A DNA stretch of 64,000 nt from Diplonema japonicum (Eukaryota; Protista; Euglenozoa: Diplonemea). The position numbers were made by a program, and so were the translations under genes. Every line of letters starts with the position of its first letter. Position 1 is the first letter of the stretch. Below, in pieces: positions 55,968 to 64,000 of the stretch. Under the pieces are notes generated by a model. That model ran no database searches. It had not been told where the DNA came from and saw only the letters and a list, made by a program, of their open reading frames with translations. The DNA lies in contig OZ025714.1 in NCBI GenBank assembly GCA_964019335.1, positions 372,001 to 436,000 on the forward strand, in the 5' to 3' direction.

Positions 55968-57395
55968 GCTTCAAAACACGAGTTCTATTTCAGAAAAAGT
56001 CAATTTCTTTTACTTTTTTTTTCTATTTCCTGCTTTAAAGCAGTCTTCTTTAAGCAAAATTCCGTCGTCCTGCGCATATTTTCCTGAGGTCTTGAAGTGA
56101 GTGAAAAAAAAAAAAAAAGAAAAGAAAATGACGAAAGGGGGGTGTACAAAAAACTTTTTTTGGGTCGATGAAGCACACCATGTATTAAAACACACATTTC
56201 AGAAGAAGAAGAAAAAAAAAATATGCCCAAAGAGTCACCATTGGTGGACTGTGTTCCTTGGTCACACCACAGGCCAAATAAACAAAAAAAAAAAAGAAGG
56301 GGGGAAAGCGGTGAAAGGAGCCATCAATACCCCCCACCACCACGAACAATAAAGTGGAAAGGAACTACCCGTGATATCCAGGTAAAAGAAGACCCCACGC
56401 TGCTATCCTGCTGCTTACAACAATTGAAAACGAATTTTTTTTTTTTTTTTTTTTTTTTACTAAACTGACCGTAGAGAAAAAAAGAGAGAAACGACATAAA
56501 AAAGAGATCTTTTTTTGGAATTTATATGTTTTTTTTTTTTTTTTTTTTTTTTTCTTTTCCATCAGGGGTAGCAGAAAGGGAATCATTGTACCAATCCTGC
56601 GTACGAGATATGGTGACCAACAACTATAAGCTTTTGCTCCCACGTGGCAGGTCTTTTACCTATTGTAATATTATTTTGTTTAAAAGGTTTGGATTTTTTT
56701 TTGTTCTTTTTTGTTTTTGTTCCCCTCCCCCCCCTCTTTCTTATCTCTTTCTAGGGGAAAAGGTGAAACGAGAGAACAAAGAGGGGGATTTCTCTTTTTC
56801 TTTTCTCCCCAACTAAACCGGCTACAGCTAGTGGTGGCTGTGTGTGTGGGGGAAAGGGGGGATCTTTTTTTTTTTTTAAATCATTCATTCCTTTCCACTA
56901 CAACTACCAAAAGAAGAAGAAGAAGAAGAAGAAAGAAGGAGTAACCCCAAGAGAAATACGCGCAATGTTACTGAAAATTATTACCCTTCGGGTTTTAATG
57001 AAGTCACTATTTTCTCAGACTTTTTTCGCCAAGCTACAAACTAGTACTCCTTCAGTCAAACATACCAAAAATTGTTGAGCACAAAATAAAACTTTTCGTA
57101 TGATTAGCAATGTAGAAGCAAAAATAGGAATCTTTTTCCCGGGATGCTCTCGAAAGGAAAGACTTCACAGAGCTATTAATTTTTGTCCAAGGCCAAAAAA
57201 AAAAAAAAAAAGGGAAAAAAGAGCCCCAAGACATAATAGAAAACCCCGATGGTGGGAACCTTGGGGATAACATTAAGAAATTTAAGTTCCCCCCCCCCCC
57301 CCCCCCTACCCTGCCAACGTTAGCCTGGAATGCAAAACACATGGCCCAGCAGTGAGCGGGCTAACTCATTGTTTTGCAACATGGGGGAAGGGGCA

Positions 57396-59023
57396 TCACT
57401 CTGTCTCCTCCAAAGGCGCGACAGAGGGAATGGGCGGGATATCAGTGAGGCGCACTTGTTGCCAGTGTTCTTCAAGTGCTGCGAGCTGTGTCAAGGTACT
57501 CCACTTGATAGAGGGGCGGTCCTTCGCCATCCTCTTCAACAAGACCACAACATGTTGGGATTGGTACTGCAGGAGCTCTTGCCACTGGCGGTAGTGGGTA
57601 AGGCGCGGGGGGTAGTATGTGGGCATGATGACAGCCTCCATCTCCATCTGGTCCAGCAGCAAGCTAGGCAGCCTCTTGTCTATTCTCTTCCTCATGTTCG
57701 ACCTATACCACAGCAGGAGCCTGCTCCTCACACATCCCAACCTCCAGTGGTTCTGGTGCAACTGCAGAGGGCTAGGGTTGTTTACTGATTTGCTGTACTT
57801 CTGCAGGAACCCAGTCATCTGCTGCCTGTCGCCCGAGTCGATGGCTGCCGTGTACTCCTCACGCATGACCTGTATCGCCAGGCTGTTGCTCACCTTCCTC
57901 CCCGACGCGTTGTAGTAGGCCCCAGTCAGGGACTTGTCCTCGACAGACGGCGACAAGCAACGCCCGCAGTTGCACTTCTTGAAGTACTTCCTTTCCACAA
58001 ACTCGTTCCTCCTGTCTGTGGGCAGCCAGAACTGGTTGATGATGCAGTCCCACGGCAGCACCACCTCGTCGCCCTGCTTGATGCCGTCGATGGCCACCAC
58101 TGCAGCTGACTTCTTGTCCGGCGACAAGAAGGAGTACGCGTTAGGCCAGCACCCTCGAGTGAAGACGGAGAGCCATGGAGCGAACCCGATGTCATCGCCC
58201 ACTGCGGTGCCGCTCATGGTGGCCTGTGAGAGGGCTTTGGCCCACTGCTCGTCGGAGAGCTGAGGTGTCTGCGTGACAGCTGTGAAGTTCTTGTCGCATG
58301 GGAGGTTGAGGGAGAGCATCGTGTTGCCGGTGACGGCGCCGACCATGTTGAGGGGGTAGGCCTCCACCACTGTAAGCAGCTCACGCCACACAATCTGCCC
58401 GGGGGAGATGTCCCTCTTGGCGAAGAAGGCACACGGGACGGAGTTCCTCGTGACAGGGACAAGGTAGTAGAAGGGCTTTGTGGAGTTGTACTTGGCAAGG
58501 TCACCCATCAGCCTTGTTACTTCTTCGACGTCGGAGTCCGAGCCGGACTCAGGGGGCTCTGGCTCCTTGGTTGTCCTCTTGATCCACAGGTAACACCCTG
58601 ACGCCTTAAGCCCGAGCTGAGAGGGGCACTTGTTCCAATCGACTTGGATGGGGATGGGGAGGATCTTGTTGGCCTTCTTCACACTCGCGATGCGGGTGTA
58701 CGGGCGGCGGTTGAAGCCGTCACTACTGATGGTGAGCCCGCCCGTGCTCGAGGTGGCCTCGGAGTAAGGGTCGGTCTCCCCATGCCCCAGACCGTTTTCT
58801 AGGGACGTGGACTGGGTCGTGAAGTACAACACAAAGCTTTCCTTCTTCGTCAGCTTCAGCTTGGAGAGAATGCTGTGGTTGGTTTTCTATTTTTTTTTTT
58901 TTTTATTTCTTCAGGATACTTTGGAATAGCTTGCGCCAGCGGCTTGGTGGGGTCTACACTCACGACAATTTTAGTCTTCCCCCCTCCGAGAATACCAGAG
59001 TCTGCTAACAATTGGATAATCAT
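57396..59023 (-). CDS. SMYD-like SET domain protein (intron 58873-58919), 526 aa
   Basis: FFAKRDISPGQIVWRE, SVFTRGCWPNA, AIDGIKQGDEVV, post-SET CNCGRC; a 47-nt GT-AG intron joins MIIQLLAD.. in frame. Confidence 0.78.
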
Positions 59024-59580
59024 TTTTCTTTTTTTTTTTCTCTTTTTCTTGAAACGGTGCCTCTGCACCGCCGTGTCACGTTCCCTTGTTTGCTTTTGTG
59101 CGGTTCGTGGTTGTAGAAGGGAGAAGAAATAGGCAATATCAATAAGTAGTTTTTTTTTTTTCTTCGCAAAAAAAAAAATCCCCCCCCCTCTCGCTTTCAC
59201 GTTCCTTCTTTTCTGTTTTTTTTTTTTTTTTTGAGTTAGAGAAAAGAGAAAAAAGAAAAAAGAGAAGGAAAAGGAAAAAAAGGAAAAGATGACAAGGGGG
59301 AAACAAAATCAAGGAAAAAGAAAAAAAAAATAAACTATTCTGGAGTTTGTTTGTGCGCACCAGCCTTTTTTTTAAAAAAAAAAGAAAGAAACGAAAAAGA
59401 AGAAGAAGAAAAAAAAACTTCAGAAGACAAAGTTAAAAACTGGTGAGGTTGGGTACTCGGCTTTTTTTTTTTTTTTTTTTTTTTTTTTAACGTTAGTATT
59501 AATGAGACCCGTCACTGGTCTCACCCCCTTTGCCTTCCTCTGTTGCCCATTGCTGCTATAAATGGCATTTTGAAGAGAGG

Positions 59581-59623
<43 letters not shown>

Positions 59624-59852
59624 ACATTTAAAAAAAGAAGAAAATACGAAATACGCTGTCGGAGGAGTTTTCTTTTTTTTTTCTCCCCGCAAAAAACGAG
59701 TCTTTGACTTGTCTACAAAAAAGGGGGGGGGGCGTTGGTGAAGGTGTTTTACGGGTTTATAAACTTCTCCAGGTTTCTACAAACAACGGCCAGGGTATCT
59801 TTTTCTTTCTTTTTTTTTTAAAAAAAAAAAGAAGAAGAAAAAAGCACTAAAC

Positions 59853-59886
<34 letters not shown>

Positions 59887-60512
59887 AAATCGAAATTTTC
59901 CTGGAACCACACTTAACACTCATCTACCACTCTAGAAACTCAGCTCAAGCCCCTTGCTAAAACTGGGGTTAGCGACATGGGTAGAGCTCACTTCCACGAA
60001 ACTTGCGCCAGCTACGAGATGCCAGAACAGAGCCTCCTTGAGAAAGATCAAACTCTGGTTGCACCCACCAACTGCCGTTTTCACGTTGCCAGTCAGGGTA
60101 CAGGGTACAGACAGGGCGGCACAGGATTGTAAAGAGATTCTCTCATAAAATGGGCTAAGAAAGTGCCGGTTTACCTAGACGGCAGGGGGGGCCAACCGGA
60201 GGGGCCTGACTTTAAAGAAAAACCCCACAACAGAAAAAAAAAATCGTAATTTTGCTTCTGGCCCTTTCACGTGAGGACCGCCCTTAAGAAAAACACCTTG
60301 TTCCTCAAAAGGAAAGGGGGGAGGGGGGGGGGGGGGGGGGGGGCAAATATTCAGACATGCACACGCACTTTCGGAGTTGCAGGCACGACTGACGTCAGGG
60401 TAGCTCTGTTTCCTTTTTTTTTTCTTTCTTCTTCCCGCCCTCTTTTTGTTCTTCGCACTCGCTTTCAAAGTACAAGTTACGGTTTGGCAAAAGGAGGGGC
60501 ATGGGTATCACG

Positions 60513-60556
<44 letters not shown>

Positions 60557-60901
60557 CCGAAGAAGAAATAAAAATATTGCTTTCCTCGAGGCGCAAGTCC
60601 CCGAAGCTTTCCTTCTAACTTTCCCCTTACTTATCTTTCCATTCACTCCCTATCTCCTTTTTTTTTTCTCTTTTTTTTTTCTTTCTTTTTTTTTTCCCCC
60701 TCCAATTTTTTTTAAAAAAAAATACACTGGAACGGAAGACGGTACAGGTTAGGACGTATATAAAAAAAAATTCATTCTGGGCTAGGCTATAAAAAATTCC
60801 TCTTTTTTCTCGTTTTCCTGCGTTTTTTTTCTTTCCCCCCCCCCTTCCCCCCTCGAAAATAATATGGTAAAAATTATTTTTTTCTGAGAAAGCCAATCCC
60901 T

Positions 60902-63900
60902 TTAGACCGACCGTGATCTAATCGGAAACCTGGAGTCCAGGTTTGTGACAGGTGGGGATGTTGATGCGGTTGTATGACTCGGGGGTATGTCGGTCTTCCC
61001 CTCACTCTCGTCCTCGTCTGTGTCATCACTGTCCTCCGTGTCACTCTCTTCGCTGCTCTTTGCCTCTGCATCGCTCTCGTACCCCATTTCTTCTTCTTGC
61101 TTCAGCACCTCTTCCTCCTCTTGCACCCTTTTCTTCATCATCCCCTTCAGCAACGCCTTCGCACGCAGTTTTATCTCCTTCAAGGTAGGCCTGCTCGCCC
61201 AGTCAGGGTTTGTCTGTTATTATTAAAGAATCTTTTTTTTTTTAATATCCCGTTTCGTACCATATCGCGCACAAGCAGCATCTCATCCATGTACTCTCTA
61301 TTGATATCGGGGCAGATCACCTTGTCTCGGTCTTTATTGCTGTAAGGAAAAAAGGGAGGAGGATAATGTAATATTTTTTTTTCTTTTTTTTTTTCCAGCA
61401 CACCTCAGCTTCCCGAGATATCTGATTCTGTCGTGCTGCGAAGGGTCCAGGAGGTACAGCTCGTAAAGGATGACCCCCAGGGAGTAAATGTCTGAGTGCT
61501 TCCCGTACTTCAGATTGGCCATCTGCTCTGGTGAGGAGTACAGTGGGGTGCCTGCCGCGCCTGTTGTCTGGTTGTCCTCTTGCATCATGCCCTGCCCGGC
61601 CTGCCAGTCGCTGCTGTACTGCTGCTTGATGGTCGACAGACCGAAGTCGCAGATTTTCAGCATATCCTTCTTGCCCTGCTTCTCCATTAGGATGTTTGAG
61701 GGCTTCATGTCACGGTGCAGCAGCTGGTTGTCGTGCAGGTGCAGAAGCCCGTCCACTAGCTGCAACAAGAACCTGAGGTTGACCTTCGAGTTGATGGCCG
61801 TGCGGTTGAGGAGCCAGTCACGCAGGGAGCCTGCCATGTAGTACTTCATCGCGATGAACAAGTGCTTCGACTTGCTGTTCGGTGTGTTGAAGATGGACTG
61901 CGACATCGACATGTCCATCGTGAAGCTCGACGTGCCGCCCTGCCGCGAGGCCGCCCGCAGGGTTTCGTCCAGCGTGAGGACCTCCTCCCATGACCAGTTG
62001 TACCTTGCGATGTTCGGGTGGTCCAGCGACGCGTGCAGCGAGGCCTCCCTTTTGATCTTGTCGTTCTCCTCCTTCGCTGCAGGATTCCCCACCTCGTTCT
62101 TCAGCTTGATTTTCTTCACAGCGTACCTCTTCTTGTCTGTCTTATTCTCCGCCAGCCACACAGACCCGTAACCTCCCGCACCTATGTTGTACAGCTCGTC
62201 ATAGTTCTGCTTGTAGGTCGAGTTCTCGCCCATCTCGGCCACCGTCGTTGCTGTTGTGGTCGCTGTGGTGACAGAAGAGGCTGTGTGCTCCTCGGCAACG
62301 AGGTCCTCAGGGGCTGCCTTTCGGCGCTTAAGGGTCTTCCTTTTCACCTTGCGCTTAGGGGTGGCGCTCCTATCGCTGGAAGAGGACTCGCTGGCGCTGT
62401 CCCAGCTGGCGTCACTGTCGTCGTTCTTTGGTGCGCAGAAAAGCCTGTCGCCCAGCTTCCCGCCAGACGATGATGACCCCGACGACTCAGACCCTGACTC
62501 CTCGGACTGTGCTCCCTCCCTCTGCTTGTGCAGCAAATCCTTGGACCTCGACCCAGACGCTGATGTGGACTCAGACCCCGACCCCGACCCCGACCGTGAT
62601 TTTAATCTCGACCCCGACCCCGACCGTGACCCTGATGCTGACGCCTGCTTAGTAAAGACTCTGTCCCCCAGGCGCTGCACTGACGAGGACGAAGACGAGT
62701 CACCTTCCTCCTCACCTGCAGACCCTTCTTCCTCCCCACCGGTTTCAGCACGCCCGACGGAAGCCAGCTTCGTGTACTCCGGCTTTTCTTCAGACACATC
62801 AGACTGACACTCTCCACCCTCGCTCTCTGCACCCGCTATGCTGCTTACGGCAGCGCTGTTCATTCTCGACAGGGAGCCACTCCTCTCTCCTGTTGTGCCC
62901 TTCTTTTCATACTGCACAACATCCATCGGCACGTCGACGATGTCCAAGTCCCCTGTCGACGTGTACTCCGTGAGAGACAGCTTGGGGGCAGGTGCAGGTG
63001 CAGGGGGCGCTGCGGCCTTCGGTACCTGCCTTCTGAACAGGTTGGATGCATTGTTAACACGCAACACAAAGGCGACAATGAGTGCCAAGGCCGCACTGAG
63101 GAAACCACCGATGTACAGCAACACGGCGTTAGCAGTGATGCCCAGTCCCTTGGGGTCCGTCTCGGTAGTGTTAGTGGTGGAGGGCTGTTGAGGTACCCAC
63201 TCGATGGAGGGGAGCTCCTTGGCGTCCTTTTCTTGAATGACGAGAGGTGCGTACTTCCAGTCCCCAGCGCCTATGAGCCGTGTTTCAAGTGCCTCTGCCC
63301 CGTCTGCCCCGTCGAACTCGAGCAGCCCCGTTGCGCTGCTCATAAGGGTGTTGAAGGACACCTGGTTGATGTTGCTGCTGCCGCTGCTCACGCCGATTTG
63401 CAGGAACGGTGAGCCGCCAATCTCGTTGGTACAGGCCTCGGGTGCGTCACGTGCTTCCGCCATCTTCATGAGGGTCCCGTAGGAGGTTTGGCCCCTTTTG
63501 GGGGCTCTGGAGAGGGAGAGCTGCAGCTCGGTGACGACGCCGTCGACGACGCGGTAGAGCTTGACGGGAGAGATGCTGAGGTTTGTCTCCCAAAGGATGT
63601 CACTGGTGGCCTCGTCGATGGCGTAAGCACGCCCGTCGACAGTGACGATGAGCTTGGGGACGATGTGCGAGGTGCGGTGGGGTGCCATGCCGTGCAAAGA
63701 GGGGAAGACCTGGATGTTGCCCACAGTCTGCACAGACTCAGTGTTCTCGTCAGGTTTGCGGACCTTCAGAGTGATGTCATGGCGTATAATATTAACAGTG
63801 CTGAAGGGGTTGGGACTGCCCCTGCTGTCATAACCTGTTACGTAGTCGATAACGTACTCACGAATCTGCTTGGAGGCGAGGAACATGTTTGAAGGAGGGA

Positions 63901-64000
63901 CACCCACTAGCTCGTCTAGTTTGCCTTGGCGATGGAGGCTGCCGCCTTGCCGTGTGTAGAAGTCCACACTCTGCGCCTCGGTGACTGGCTCGTCACGAGA
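60902..64000 (-). CDS. PERK-like transmembrane eIF2-alpha kinase (5' end outside window; introns 61340-61403 and 61214-61260)
   Basis: IRE1/PERK-like luminal motif LIVTVDGRAYAIDEATSDILW, TM helix, GAGGYGSV, YAVKKI, HPNIARY..W.E + insert, HRDMKPSN, DFGL, GTPLYSSPEQ. Splicing restores subdomain XI (P..RPT). Confidence 0.85.

Noticed and set aside
59900-60215. Possible retroelement 3' fragment on the plus strand
   Set aside because: Coding-like but interrupted, with no diagnostic motif I can support.
1-64000. tRNA, rRNA or spliced-leader RNA genes
   Set aside because: None recognised by eye; a tRNAscan/Infernal run would be needed to exclude them.

Overview
Eukaryotic, gene-dense protist DNA. 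About 26 host protein-coding genes all lie on the minus strand (a directional gene cluster), separated by long A/T/G/C homopolymer spacers. Most genes are intronless; a few carry very short GT-AG introns. This layout and the gene content (ERG8-type phosphomevalonate kinase, mS47-like crotonase, Cys-rich CxDP..DW.C.C surface protein) suggest a euglenozoan, probably a diplonemid (inference). Recognisable genes: axonemal dynein heavy chain (partial), phosphomevalonate kinase, STE20-type kinase, ADO/PCO dioxygenase, PX protein, BART protein, two class-3 lipases, CHMP7, CANT1-type apyrase, a SMYD-like SET protein and a PERK-like eIF2-alpha kinase (partial). The standout is a 986-aa gene (17582-20542) carrying the ordered catalytic motifs of bacterial class II nucleotidyl cyclase toxins (anthrax edema factor/CyaA/ExoY). 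Also notable: a cyclin-RAMA-SH3-like fusion, several apparent pseudo-enzymes, an orphan ketosynthase fragment near a FAS-like PPTase, and in-frame micro-introns. A family of hairpin-terminated elements with GNA-triloop centres, a MULE and a LINE relic all sit in poly(A/T) runs. All calls are by eye; no searches were run.
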